The notes under the pieces were generated by a model, which was given only the letters and a program-made list of their open reading frames with translations, did not search any database and was not told where the DNA came from. From NCBI GenBank assembly GCA_050949565.1, contig JBMNFY010000017.1:704001-768000 (forward strand): a stretch of DNA of 64,000 bases, given 5' to 3'. The stretch comes from Kiritimatiellia bacterium. GTDB lineage: Bacteria > Verrucomicrobiota > Kiritimatiellia > RFP12 > UBA1067. Of the stretch, positions 1 through 9,262 are shown one piece after another (positions within the stretch are counted from its first letter, which is position 1; each line of letters opens with the position of its first letter). The translations under genes were made by a program, and so were the position numbers.

Positions 1-518
1 TGTTCCAGGGCTGCACGGGGCTGACGCAACCGCCCGCCCTGCCCGCCACGGCGCTGGCCGATTACTGCTACCAGAACATGTTCCAAGGCTGCACGGGCAT
101 CAAGCTGAGCACCCAGGGCCCCGGCGCGGAGTGGGGCATCCCCGCCGCCGCGACGGCCCAAACGGGCTGGAACGACCTCATGCTCGACGACACGGGCGGC
201 ACCTTCACCGGCAATCCGGAGATCGGCGTCATCTACTACTGCACGTCGGCCCCCGGCCCCGATCCCGACCCTGACCCCGAGGCGCCAGTCATCACCGCGA
301 TCACCGTCGACACCGGCGCCTCGACGCTCGAAATCACGATCGACAACGCCATAACCGGCGCGTGGTACACGCTCCTTGTGGCGGACGAGCTTGGCGATCC
401 TTGGGCGGTCACCCCGGCCGTCCAGGCGACAGCGGACGGCATCCTCGTCTTCCAGAACGTGCCCGCGACACTGCCGCACCGCTTCTACAAGGTGAGGGCC
501 AGCGCGACCCAGCCGTAA
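1..518 (+). CDS. 3' part of BspA-type (Cys-containing) leucine-rich-repeat surface protein with PVC-type C-terminal beta domain ending RFYKVRA (5'-truncated by window)
   Basis: Frame is open from the window edge: (M)FQGCTGLTQPPALPATALADYCYQNMFQGCTGIK. Same repeat as 39219..41858. PDPDPDP linker, then the C-terminal domain. Confidence 0.75.
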   Translation, partial: FQGCTGLTQPPALPATALADYCYQNMFQGCTGIKLSTQGPGAEWGIPAAATAQTGWNDLMLDDTGGTFTGNPEIGVIYYCTSAPGPDPDPDPEAPVITAITVDTGASTLEITIDNAITGAWYTLLVADELGDPWAVTPAVQATADGILVFQNVPATLPHRFYKVRASATQP

Positions 519-753
519 CCGCAAGCGATTACAACGAAAGACAAACAACGAAAGGCAAATAGCGAACAAAGGATGACGAATGACGCGGGGGACGAGCGGA
601 CGCTCGCCCCCGCGCATTTTTGAACATCGAACGCAGAAGGTTGAGAAACGCTCAACGTCCAACTCTCAACTTTCAGCGGGCGAGGACGCCCGCGACCGAC
701 TGCGCGCACACAAAACACGCTCTCGACTCGTATACCCTTCTGTCACTAGCCGA

Positions 754-2754
754 TTACGGAACAAGCGCTTTCTGCGGGAGCGCAAAGTCGCCGTCCATTG
801 TGACTGGTAACTGGAAGACATCGCCCTTCTGATTGCAGAAGTAGAGGCGTGACGCGGACGGTTTGCGTCCGTGTCCATCCGCCCAATAGCCGTAGAAATC
901 GGGGTGGGCATTTACCGGACGGCGCACGTAGGTGTGGTTCATCTCGCTGTTGGCCGTCATCTGTCTGACCTTTCGCCATGTGGCTCCCGCGTCCTCGGTC
1001 AACCACATCGCGATCTCTCCGCCGGGATTGTACGGCTGCGGTCCCAACTCGGTCGGACCGATGATGCGCCATGTAGTGTCGCTCTCGATATACACCGGAC
1101 CGGTATCGTAATTGTTGCCCGAGACGATGCCGGTAAAGCGTTCCTGCCACTCCGTGCCGGTCCAGCGCACGGTGCGCCATTCACGGGGACCGTTGGCCGG
1201 GCCGGACTGGTATCCCTTGCTCAGTACGAACAGGATGATCGGATGTCCCTTGGAATCGAACTGCACGTCCTTGATGTAGCAGTTGCGGTTCTTGCTTTCG
1301 TACTCCAGTACCAGAGCAGGATTGTCTTTGCTGACAAGCGGCGTCTCAAGCACCTGCCCGTCGGCCGTCTTCCAGGTCGCGCCGAAATCATCGCTTTCCA
1401 TGTAGTACACGTTCGTGCGCCAGTTAAGCCCTTTGCCTTTAGGATGCTGGTTGAAGGCGATGCCGGTTTTCTTGTCCTTCCACTGCCAACTGATCTGATA
1501 GTGTCCCTCTTCAAAGTAAGCGGTCTGCTTGCGCTCGCTCCATTCGGTACCTTCCGGATTGCTGGTCATATAGTAGTTGCCGCGTCCCCTCACATACCAT
1601 GTATGGACAAAGAGAAAGCCCTTGCCGGGGTAGTAGAACGGTTCGGGATAGGAGAAGTTGCCGCTCCACATGAGTTGGAACGCCTCGATGTCGTACGGCT
1701 TGACGCTGCGCGAAATATAGGAGGGACGCCCGCGGCCGTGGCTGCTGGAGAAAATCCAGATGTAGCCCTTGTCATCCAGATTGATCACCGGGTTGTCATG
1801 CGCATCGTCGGTTTTTTTGTCGAGCAGACAGACGGGCCTGGCCACACGTCCCGTCTTATGGTCATAGTACGAGATCATGTGTAGGAGCGTGCGGTTGCCT
1901 TCATCGGTGCCGCCGTAACAGAAGAAGGTCTTGTTGACCGCGGGCGCATACCAGGCCATCGGGATATGCTTGGCGCAATAGGTGCCGAGGCCGCCGCTGT
2001 ACTTGTAGACGTACTCGTCCCCCGAGGGTTGATTGAAGTACCAGATGCCACGGAAACCATCTAGCTTGCGATTAAGGAGAACGGTCAGTGTCGGCTGGAA
2101 CTTCACGAGGTCAGCCCCGCCTTTCACCCGGTTTGCGATTGTCGTGTCAGTCGAATGGGTCTGCCAGTGCGCAATCAGCTCGCGCGACTGATCTGGCCAC
2201 GCCTCTTCGCTGGCGAGACACCGCGCCTCGGTCGCGTCGAGTGCGCGGTTCCAGATGCGGATGTCGGTCATGTTACCTTTGAGTATGCGTTCCTCTTGAC
2301 CGTTGATCACACCGACCGTCAGCGGATGCGCGAACGCCGTCCGTTTCAGCGGGATCGCCTGCTGCCCCTCCAGCACGCCGTCGCGATAGATCTTCGCCGT
2401 CTTGCCGTCATAGGTTCCCAGGTAGTGGGTCCAAACGTTCGGTTGCGGCGGCTTCGCTGTGGCGTATCCGTAACGGCCCGGTTCGCCCTCGACCAACATC
2501 CGCACCGCGCCCTTGTACAGGTAAAACGAAAAGTCCTGATTCGGCTTCCCCAATGTGAGGAACATCTGCGGACGCACAGCGTCCGTAACCCTGACCCACG
2601 CGGCGACCGAGAACCCGTCCACCTTCAGGACAGTCTGGATGTTGCTCACGCTGAAACCGGTTTGCCCGTCAAACGGATACCCCGCCTGTTTCGGCACGGC
2701 CCATACTGAGGCCGCCGCCAACACGACCACCGCTACCAACATGATTCCCCTCAT
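754..2754 (-). CDS. Secreted LamG-like jelly-roll + BNR-repeat (BNR_4-like) protein, putative glycosidase/lyase
   Basis: Signal peptide MRGIMLVAVVVLAAASVWA after GGAGGA RBS; LamG motifs WTHYLGTYDG, DIRIWNRAL; DAHDNP..DDKGYIWIF; Asp-boxes SDDFGATW, TEDAGATW. Confidence 0.75.
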   Translation of the reverse strand: MRGIMLVAVVVLAAASVWAVPKQAGYPFDGQTGFSVSNIQTVLKVDGFSVAAWVRVTDAVRPQMFLTLGKPNQDFSFYLYKGAVRMLVEGEPGRYGYATAKPPQPNVWTHYLGTYDGKTAKIYRDGVLEGQQAIPLKRTAFAHPLTVGVINGQEERILKGNMTDIRIWNRALDATEARCLASEEAWPDQSRELIAHWQTHSTDTTIANRVKGGADLVKFQPTLTVLLNRKLDGFRGIWYFNQPSGDEYVYKYSGGLGTYCAKHIPMAWYAPAVNKTFFCYGGTDEGNRTLLHMISYYDHKTGRVARPVCLLDKKTDDAHDNPVINLDDKGYIWIFSSSHGRGRPSYISRSVKPYDIEAFQLMWSGNFSYPEPFYYPGKGFLFVHTWYVRGRGNYYMTSNPEGTEWSERKQTAYFEEGHYQISWQWKDKKTGIAFNQHPKGKGLNWRTNVYYMESDDFGATWKTADGQVLETPLVSKDNPALVLEYESKNRNCYIKDVQFDSKGHPIILFVLSKGYQSGPANGPREWRTVRWTGTEWQERFTGIVSGNNYDTGPVYIESDTTWRIIGPTELGPQPYNPGGEIAMWLTEDAGATWRKVRQMTANSEMNHTYVRRPVNAHPDFYGYWADGHGRKPSASRLYFCNQKGDVFQLPVTMDGDFALPQKALVP

Positions 2755-2860
2755 ATAGTCCTCCCGTTGCATTGTTTGCATTAAACACAGAAAGCTTTGG
2801 GAGACGCAACCCTTTTTTGGAACGAGCGCTTTCAGAGGCGGTTATGCTACACTCTCTCCC

Positions 2861-4069
2861 ATGCAAGCGCTTCCCTATTGCCTGAACATCCACCCCGGCG
2901 AGAGTCTCGCCGCTGTTCGTGATGCCATCACGACGCACGCGGTCGCGGTCAAGGCGCACGTCTCTCCCGCTCACGCCTATCCGCTCGGTCTGCGTCTCTC
3001 CGCCGCTGCCGCCCAAGAACTGCTCGCCTCCTCCGCGCCGTCGCTGGAAGACTTCGAGGAGTTGCTCGCCCGGCACGATCTGACGGTCTCCTGCATCAAT
3101 GGGTTCCCGTACGGCGCATTCCACGGTACCGCCGTCAAGGCCGCCGTTTACGAGCCCGATTGGTCGAAGCCCGAACGGCTCATCTACACCGGCCGGCTTG
3201 CCGAGATTCTTGCCGCCCTGTTGCCTGAAGGCGCGGCCGGCAACATTTCGACCGTGCCGGTCGGCTACCAGAATCCGAGCTCGGCAGAAATCCAAAGGAG
3301 AGCAGGCGCCGAAGAGCAGCGGATGGCGGTGTGTGTGCGGCAACTCGTCGTTATGGCGGAGTTCCTCGATGATCTCTCTATTCGCAAAAACCGTGACATC
3401 GTTCTCGCGCTGGAACCCGAGCCTGACTGTCTGTTGGAAACCACGAACGATGTCATCCACTGGTTCGAAGACGAGCTGCTCTACCAAGGAATCCGCTGGC
3501 TCAGCAACAACCGCCAGCGCACGCGCGACGAGGCTGAAGCGCTACTGCGCCGCCATATTGGCATCTGTCTGGACACCTGTCACTTCGCGGTGGCTTTCGA
3601 GGACCCGCTGACCGCGCTGACCCGTTTCGAATCCGCCGGTCTGCGCGTCGCGCGCATTCAGCTCAGCGCCGCGCTGCGCACCACCGTTTCAGAAGACGCC
3701 CTGCAACGCCTGCGCGCCTTCATCGATCCGGTCTATCTGCACCAGACCAAGATCCGACTGCCGCGAGGCCAGATCGCGGCATACCCCGACCTGACCGAGG
3801 CCACGCTGGACGCCGCACGCGAGCAGACCGACTGTGAACTGCGCACGCACTTTCATGTGCCGCTCTACTTCGAAGGCGACGGCGTGCTGGCCTCGACCCA
3901 CACCGACCTCACACCCGCTTTCTTTGAGCACGTCCGGGCGCGCCGCATCCCGCTTGAAGTCGAGACCTACACCTTTGATGTCCTGCCGCCCGACCTGCGC
4001 GCCCCGACAGTGGTCGACAGTTTGGTGCGCGAGTTAGAATGGGCTTCCCGCGCTGCGCGCGGAGTTTGA
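2861..4069 (+). CDS. eboE: Metabolite traffic protein EboE (xylose-isomerase-like TIM barrel)
   Basis: YCLNIHPGES, LGLRLS, NGFPYGAFH..VK..VYEPDW, LEPEP, DTCHFAV, YLHQ, RTHFHVP, LEVETYT motifs. Confidence 0.85.
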   Translation: MQALPYCLNIHPGESLAAVRDAITTHAVAVKAHVSPAHAYPLGLRLSAAAAQELLASSAPSLEDFEELLARHDLTVSCINGFPYGAFHGTAVKAAVYEPDWSKPERLIYTGRLAEILAALLPEGAAGNISTVPVGYQNPSSAEIQRRAGAEEQRMAVCVRQLVVMAEFLDDLSIRKNRDIVLALEPEPDCLLETTNDVIHWFEDELLYQGIRWLSNNRQRTRDEAEALLRRHIGICLDTCHFAVAFEDPLTALTRFESAGLRVARIQLSAALRTTVSEDALQRLRAFIDPVYLHQTKIRLPRGQIAAYPDLTEATLDAAREQTDCELRTHFHVPLYFEGDGVLASTHTDLTPAFFEHVRARRIPLEVETYTFDVLPPDLRAPTVVDSLVRELEWASRAARGV

Positions 4070-4226
4070 ATTTAGGATTTAGGAGTTAGGAGTTTTTTCA
4101 CTTCGGCGTTCGACGTTCTCCCGTTCTGTGGGCGGCGTTTACGCCGCCGGACGAGCGACGCTCGTCCCTCTCGGCGCTGCGCGGCGGATTGGTTTTTAAT
4201 CGCAACAGCACCCCCGCCGATCACTG

Positions 4227-4922
4227 TCACTCTTTCTCCGCGTCCCCGCCCTCTTCGTCCAGTTCGCCGGTCGCATCCAAGATGCGCGCGGCTTCGACAT
4301 ACATCGGGTGCTCCTTGTCCTTATAGATCTCTTTCATCATCGGCACCTTGATGTCCTCGTCGTGGTTCAACCCGTCAGAAAAAATCTCATCGAGAATGTC
4401 CGGGTCGATGGTTTTGTCAAAAAGAATCGGATACAAGATCGGGAACTGCTCTTCCGGCAACAGATGCAGTGCCGTCTGGATGCCGTCCATTTGATCTCTC
4501 TTGTCAAGTTTGGCAAACTCGCGCTTAAAGGCGATGGCTTCCTCGGCGGTGGGCGCTCTGGTCTTTTCAGACAGCGTGTCGATAAAGTTTTCCCAAGCCT
4601 CGATAACCTTGATGCGTTCTTCCGTCATCTCCTCCGCTTGAGGGGTCGGAGCGGCCGCCCCTGGTGTTGGCGCGCCCTGTCCTGCCCGCACACGCTCTGT
4701 GCGTTGACCCGCCGGCCGCTGATGCGGCGACACACGCGACGACGGCTTTTTCGGATCGATCGGCTTTTTCGGATCGGTCGGAGTGAGTGCCTTGGCGACG
4801 GGCTGTTCCGTGACGTCCGTCTCCGGCTCTGGTGTTTTCGAGCGCAGAGCCACAAACCCAATAACGGCCGCCACCAACGCAACGACCGCCAATCCGAGCC
4901 AAACTGTTTTTTTATCGCGCAT
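4227..4922 (-). CDS. Hypothetical membrane-anchored protein (N-terminal TM, Pro-rich linker, helical C-terminus)
   Basis: ATG at 4922 preceded by AAGGAG; MRDKKTVWLGLAVVALVAAVIGFVAL. Confidence 0.7.
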   Translation of the reverse strand: MRDKKTVWLGLAVVALVAAVIGFVALRSKTPEPETDVTEQPVAKALTPTDPKKPIDPKKPSSRVSPHQRPAGQRTERVRAGQGAPTPGAAAPTPQAEEMTEERIKVIEAWENFIDTLSEKTRAPTAEEAIAFKREFAKLDKRDQMDGIQTALHLLPEEQFPILYPILFDKTIDPDILDEIFSDGLNHDEDIKVPMMKEIYKDKEHPMYVEAARILDATGELDEEGGDAEKE

Positions 4923-4990
4923 CGTGCAACTCCTTAAACAAAAAAGCCAGCGACTTCCACTTCCGTAAACCGCTGGCATATCCGATTAGG

Positions 4991-5065
4991 TGGCACCCCC
5001 TAGGGGAATCGAACCCCTCTTTCCAGGATGAGAACCTGATGTCCTAGCCGATAGACGAAGGGGGC
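4991..5065 (-). tRNA. tRNA-Glu (anticodon CTC)
   Basis: Minus strand GCCCCCTTCGTCTATCGGCTAGGAC..CAGG-TTCTCAT-CCTG..GGTTCGATTCCCCTAGGGGGTGCCA; cloverleaf with encoded CCA. Confidence 0.95.
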
Positions 5066-5084
5066 AGTGCCTAAAAATGAACTA

Positions 5085-5169
5085 TGGTGCACCCGGAGGG
5101 ATTTGAACCCCCACACCTCTCGGCATAAGAACCTGAATCTTACGTGTCTGCCAATTCCACCACGGGTGC
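5085..5169 (-). tRNA. tRNA-Leu (anticodon CAG)
   Basis: GCACCCGTGGTGGAATTGGCAGACACG-TAAGA-TTCAGGT-TCTTA, long variable arm, GGTTCAAATCC, ends CCA; 85 nt. Confidence 0.95.
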
Positions 5170-5182
5170 GAATGAGAGAGGA

Positions 5183-5274
5183 AGTATGCCAAAAACCCCC
5201 TCATGTCGTCAACCCCCCTGCTTCTTTTTTTTCATCTTGGGCACTTGACTTCCCTCTCGGTAACTCGCTATAGT
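5183..5274. promoter_or_regulatory. Divergent sigma70-like tRNA promoters
   Basis: Plus: TTGACT(5245-50)-18-TATAGT(5269-74). Minus: TTGACG(5212-07)-18-CATACT(5188-83). Confidence 0.6.
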
Positions 5275-5290
5275 GGCACCTGTTTCTGAA

Positions 5291-5366
5291 GCCAACGTAG
5301 CTCAGCTGGTAGAGCAGATCATTCGTAATGATCAGGTCGTCCGTTCGATCCGGATCGTTGGCTCCA
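5291..5366 (+). tRNA. tRNA-Thr (anticodon CGT)
   Basis: GCCAACGTAGCTCAGCTGGTAGAGCA-GATCA-TTCGTAA-TGATC..GTTCGATCCGGATCGTTGGCTCCA. Confidence 0.95.
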
Positions 5367-5371
5367 TTTTT

Positions 5372-5410
5372 AACCTCGAAAACCGGTGGTTGTTGTTTTC
5401 GGGGTTTTTC
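5372..5410 (+). terminator. Possible intrinsic terminator after tRNA-Thr
   Basis: AACCTCGAAAAC...GTTTTCGGGGTT hairpin followed by T-rich run. Confidence 0.45.
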
Positions 5411-5429
5411 TGTTTCGGGGGCCACTACC

Positions 5430-6068
5430 ATGCACGCACCCTGTCCGCCAGAGCGGCGGCGCTTCATTACTTCTGTGCTCGTGCCTGACCGCGTGGGCCT
5501 GCTGCGCGATGTCACGCGAAGCGTCTTTTCGCTGGAAGGCAACATCGGCGGTATCCGCCAGACTGTTGTCGACGGCTTTTTTAACTTGGTCTTCACCTCG
5601 GAGCACCCGTCCCAAATAACGCCCGAGGCCTTGCGTGCGCTGCTGGATTCAACCTTGGAGTCGGAGGCGGTCGTGACCGTACTCGACAGCCCCGAGGTGG
5701 TGCCGACCGCCGTGCCCCAAGGCGCGCGGTTCGTGGTGACGACGCGCGGCGCGGACAAGCCCGGCACGATTTTCGCCATTACCTCTTTTCTGGTCGACCA
5801 CAACATCAACATCGAGGATTGGATGGTTGAGGAAGAGGACGGTAAAATTGTCTACATCGCGCAAGTCGTAGTGCCCGAGACCGAAGACTTTCGCCTGCTG
5901 CAGGAGGCGTTCCGCGATGCCATGGCAACGCACGGTCTGACCGCGCTCCTTTGCCACGAAAACATCTTTAGAGCCACCAATGAAATCGGCCCGATCAAAG
6001 CCCTAATCGAAGAAACGCCCAACGCAAAAGCCACTCCCATGCCCTCGTGCGAAAGGAGCGGCAAGTGA
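5430..6068 (+). CDS. Double ACT-domain protein (GcvR-like)
   Basis: Two ACT motifs: VPDRVGLLRDVT..GNI and GADKPGTIFAIT..NINIED; typical neighbour of DUF711. Confidence 0.8.
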   Translation: MHAPCPPERRRFITSVLVPDRVGLLRDVTRSVFSLEGNIGGIRQTVVDGFFNLVFTSEHPSQITPEALRALLDSTLESEAVVTVLDSPEVVPTAVPQGARFVVTTRGADKPGTIFAITSFLVDHNINIEDWMVEEEDGKIVYIAQVVVPETEDFRLLQEAFRDAMATHGLTALLCHENIFRATNEIGPIKALIEETPNAKATPMPSCERSGK

Positions 6069-6167
6069 ATTGTCCATAAAATCAACAATGTCCACAGAGT
6101 CCACCATAAGCGATACCGATCCCGATTTCGATACCGATCCCGATGGAATGAAACCTTGACCCCCATC

Positions 6168-6886
6168 CCCTGAAACCCCGAAACCCTGAAACCCTGAAAC
6201 CCGAAACCCTGAAACCCCGAAACCCTGAAACCCCGAAACCCTGAAACCCCGAAACCCTGAAACCCCGAAACCCTGAAACCCCGAAACCCTGAAACCCCGA
6301 AACCCCGAAACCCCGAAACCCTGAAACCCCGAAACCCTGAAACCCCGAAACCCTGAAACCCCGAAACCCTGAAACCCCGAAACCCTGAAACCCTGAAACC
6401 CGAAACCCTGAAACCCCGAAACCCTGAAACCCCGAAACCCTGAAACCCCGAAACCCTGAAACCCCGAAACCCTGAAACCCCGAAACCCTGAAACCCCGAA
6501 ACCCTGAAACCCCGAAACCCTGAAACCCCGAAACCCTGAAACCCCGAAACCCTGAAACCCCGAAACCCTGAAACCCCGAAACCCTGAAACCCCGAAACCC
6601 CGAAACCCTGAAACCCCGAAACCCTGAAACCCCGAAACCCTGAAACCCCGAAACCCTGAAACCCCGAAACCCTGAAACCCCGAAACCCTGAAACCCCGAA
6701 ACCCTGAAACCCCGAAACCCTGAAACCCCGAAACCCCGAAACCCTGAAACCCCGAAACCCCGAAACCCCGAAACCCCGAAACCCTGAAACCCCGAAACCC
6801 CGAAACCCTGAAACCCTGAAACCCCGAAACCCCGAAACCCTGAAACCCCGAAACCTGAAACCCCGAAACCCTGAAACCCCGAAACC
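6168..6886. repeat. ~720-bp microsatellite, about 90 units of 8-mer CCC(T/C)GAAA, mostly alternating T/C (16-bp higher-order unit)
   Basis: Directly visible; a few 7-nt units (about 6200, 6399, 6854). Confidence 0.95.
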
Positions 6887-6894
6887 AAGCCCCT

Positions 6895-8268
6895 ATGCTC
6901 GCCCGACAAGCTGTCCTTTCAACCATCCGCATGGTGCGCGAGGAAAACCTCGACGTGCGCACCGTCACGCTCGGTATCAACCTGAATGTCTGCGCCAATC
7001 CCGATCCCGACCGCCTCGTCGAGGCGGTTTACGCGCGCATCGTCGACAAGGCCGGCAGCCTTGTGCGTTTCTGCGATGAGGTCAGCGACAAGTACGGCCT
7101 GCCGATCGTCAACAAGCGCATCGCCGTCTCGCCCGCCAGCCAGCTTCTGGAGGGTCACAGCGTCGAGACCGCCGTGCGCCTCTGCCAGGCGCTCGACGCC
7201 GCTGCAGAGAAGGTCGAGATCGACCTGCTGGGCGGCTTCACCGCGCTGGTGCAGCGCGGCATCACGCCGGGCGAACGTACTTTGATCGAGTCGCTGCCGC
7301 AGGCATTGGCCGCCACGCACCGCGTCTGCTCTTCCTTTAACGTGGGCACCACCAAAGCCGGCATCCATGTTGACGCGGTGAACCTGATCGCGCGCAAGCT
7401 GATCGAAACCGCCGAGATGACGCGCGCGACGCGCGGCTTCGGCTGCGCCAAGGTCGTGGTTTTCGCCAACATGCCGGAGGACAACCCCTTCATGGCGGGC
7501 GCAATGCTCGGAGCGGGCCAGCCGGAGTGCGTCATCAATGTCGGCGTCAGCGGCCCCGGCGTGGTCAAGCGCGCGGTCGACCGCCTGGTGCAGCACGATC
7601 CCGCCGCGACGTTGGACGAGATCGCCGAGGAGATCAAGCACACGGCGTTTCGCGTGACGCGCACAGGCGAGTTGATCGGACACGAGGTGGCCGACCGTCT
7701 GGGCGTCCCGTTCGGCGTGGTCGACCTCTCGCTCGCGCCGACACCGCGCGTGGGCGACTCGGTCGGCGAGATTTACCAGAGCATGGGCATAAGCCGCATC
7801 GGTGCGCCGGGCACCACCGCCGCCGTGATGCTGCTCAACGACGCGGTCAAGAAGGGCGGCTCCTTCGCCTCCAGCGCGGTCGGCGGGCTCTCCGGTGCCT
7901 TTATCCCTGTCATGGAGGATCATGTGCTCTCCAAGGCAGTGGCCGATGGTACGCTGACGCTGGAGAAGCTAGAGGCGATGACGGCGGTCTGCTCGGTGGG
8001 CCTCGACATGATCCTGTTGCCGGGCAGCACCACAGCCGAGACGCTGGCCGGCATCATTTTGGACGAAGCGGCGATCGGCATCACCAACCGCAAGACCACC
8101 GGCGTGCGCGTGATCCCCGTGCCGGATGCGCAGCCCGGCGAGTTCGTGGACTTCGGCGGCCTCTTCGGCTCGGGCGTGGTCACGCAGCCCGCCAGTCCGG
8201 AGGGCGCGGAGACCTTCGTCAATCGCGGCGGCCAGATTCCCGCGCCTATTCACAGCCTGAGCAACTGA
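6895..8268 (+). CDS. PFL-family protein UPF0210/DUF711
   Basis: ENLDVRTVTLGI, PIVNKRIAVSP, CAKVVVFAN.PEDNPFMAGA, GGLSGAFIPV, KLEAMTAVCSVGLDM, C-terminal IPAPIHSLSN. Confidence 0.9.
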   Translation: MLARQAVLSTIRMVREENLDVRTVTLGINLNVCANPDPDRLVEAVYARIVDKAGSLVRFCDEVSDKYGLPIVNKRIAVSPASQLLEGHSVETAVRLCQALDAAAEKVEIDLLGGFTALVQRGITPGERTLIESLPQALAATHRVCSSFNVGTTKAGIHVDAVNLIARKLIETAEMTRATRGFGCAKVVVFANMPEDNPFMAGAMLGAGQPECVINVGVSGPGVVKRAVDRLVQHDPAATLDEIAEEIKHTAFRVTRTGELIGHEVADRLGVPFGVVDLSLAPTPRVGDSVGEIYQSMGISRIGAPGTTAAVMLLNDAVKKGGSFASSAVGGLSGAFIPVMEDHVLSKAVADGTLTLEKLEAMTAVCSVGLDMILLPGSTTAETLAGIILDEAAIGITNRKTTGVRVIPVPDAQPGEFVDFGGLFGSGVVTQPASPEGAETFVNRGGQIPAPIHSLSN

Positions 8269-8270
8269 CC

Positions 8271-9179
8271 ATGCCGGAAGAGCGCCAGACGCGTTTCAAC
8301 CAGGCCGAGACGGTGATCCGTATCGCGCTGGTGGTGAACGCCCTGCTGATGGTGGCCAAGCTGCTGGCGGGACGCCTGGGCCACTCCGAAGCGCTCTTTG
8401 CCGACGGTGTGGAGAGTGCCTGCGATCTGGCCATCTCGGCGGCTGCGTTGGCCACGATGCGCTTCAGCCGCCAGCCGTTCGACCGCCAGCATCCCTACGG
8501 CCACGGACGCGCCGAGAGTCTGGCGGCCTTCCTTGTCGGACTGGTGATCATCGGCACCAGCGCGCTGATCCTCTACGGCGCCGTCATCACGATCGCCTCC
8601 GGAGATATTCCTCGTCCGCGCCTCTACACCCTGGCGGTGGCGGCCGCGACCATCCTCCTCAAAGAAACACTGGCGCGGGTCACTTTCCGGCAGGCGCGGA
8701 ACATCGGCAGCCCGGTGCTGAACGCCCTGGCGCAGGATCACCGCAAGGACGCCCTGACCTCTATCGGCACCCTGCTGGGTTGCGGCTGCGCCTTTCTGGG
8801 ATGGCGCTTCATGGACCCGTTCTTTGCCGGCTTGACCGGCCTGCTGATTGCGCATGTGGGAATCAATACCGTGCATGGAGCGGCACAAGACCTGATCGAC
8901 ACCGCGCTACCCGAGGAACGCCTCAATGCCATCAGTGCCGTCGCTGCCGCCGTCGAGGGCGTGGAGCATGTCCACGAGATCCGCGGCCGCAACTCGGGAC
9001 AATACATTATTCTGGATCTCAAACTGGAGATGGATCCCGAGATGACCGTCGCACGGTCACACGAGATCGCCACCGAAGTCAAGCGCCGTATCTTCGAAGC
9101 CGACACCAGCGTGGGCGATGTCATGATCCACATCAATCCCCACGATGATCCCAATCATACGGATCTGATCAGGCTGTAG
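8271..9179 (+). CDS. Cation diffusion facilitator family transporter (FieF-like)
   Basis: SEALFADGVES..D, HPYGHGRAE, DHRKD, C-terminal DVMIHINP. Confidence 0.9.
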   Translation: MPEERQTRFNQAETVIRIALVVNALLMVAKLLAGRLGHSEALFADGVESACDLAISAAALATMRFSRQPFDRQHPYGHGRAESLAAFLVGLVIIGTSALILYGAVITIASGDIPRPRLYTLAVAAATILLKETLARVTFRQARNIGSPVLNALAQDHRKDALTSIGTLLGCGCAFLGWRFMDPFFAGLTGLLIAHVGINTVHGAAQDLIDTALPEERLNAISAVAAAVEGVEHVHEIRGRNSGQYIILDLKLEMDPEMTVARSHEIATEVKRRIFEADTSVGDVMIHINPHDDPNHTDLIRL

Positions 9180-9262
9180 CGGCCAGCGCCGCGGCCGTGG
9201 CCGCGCGCGGATTTAGGATTTAGGAGTTAGGAGTTAGGAGTTAGGAGTTAGGAGTTGGGAGT

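Noticed and set aside
4991-5366. tRNAs as prophage or island attachment sites
   Set aside because: No adjacent integrase, and I saw no duplicated tRNA 3' end in the window
6003-6998. 331-aa and 275-aa GFRGFRVS repeat proteins on the minus strand
   Set aside because: Open only because the 8-mer lacks stops on that strand; no RBS, and they overlap real plus-strand genes
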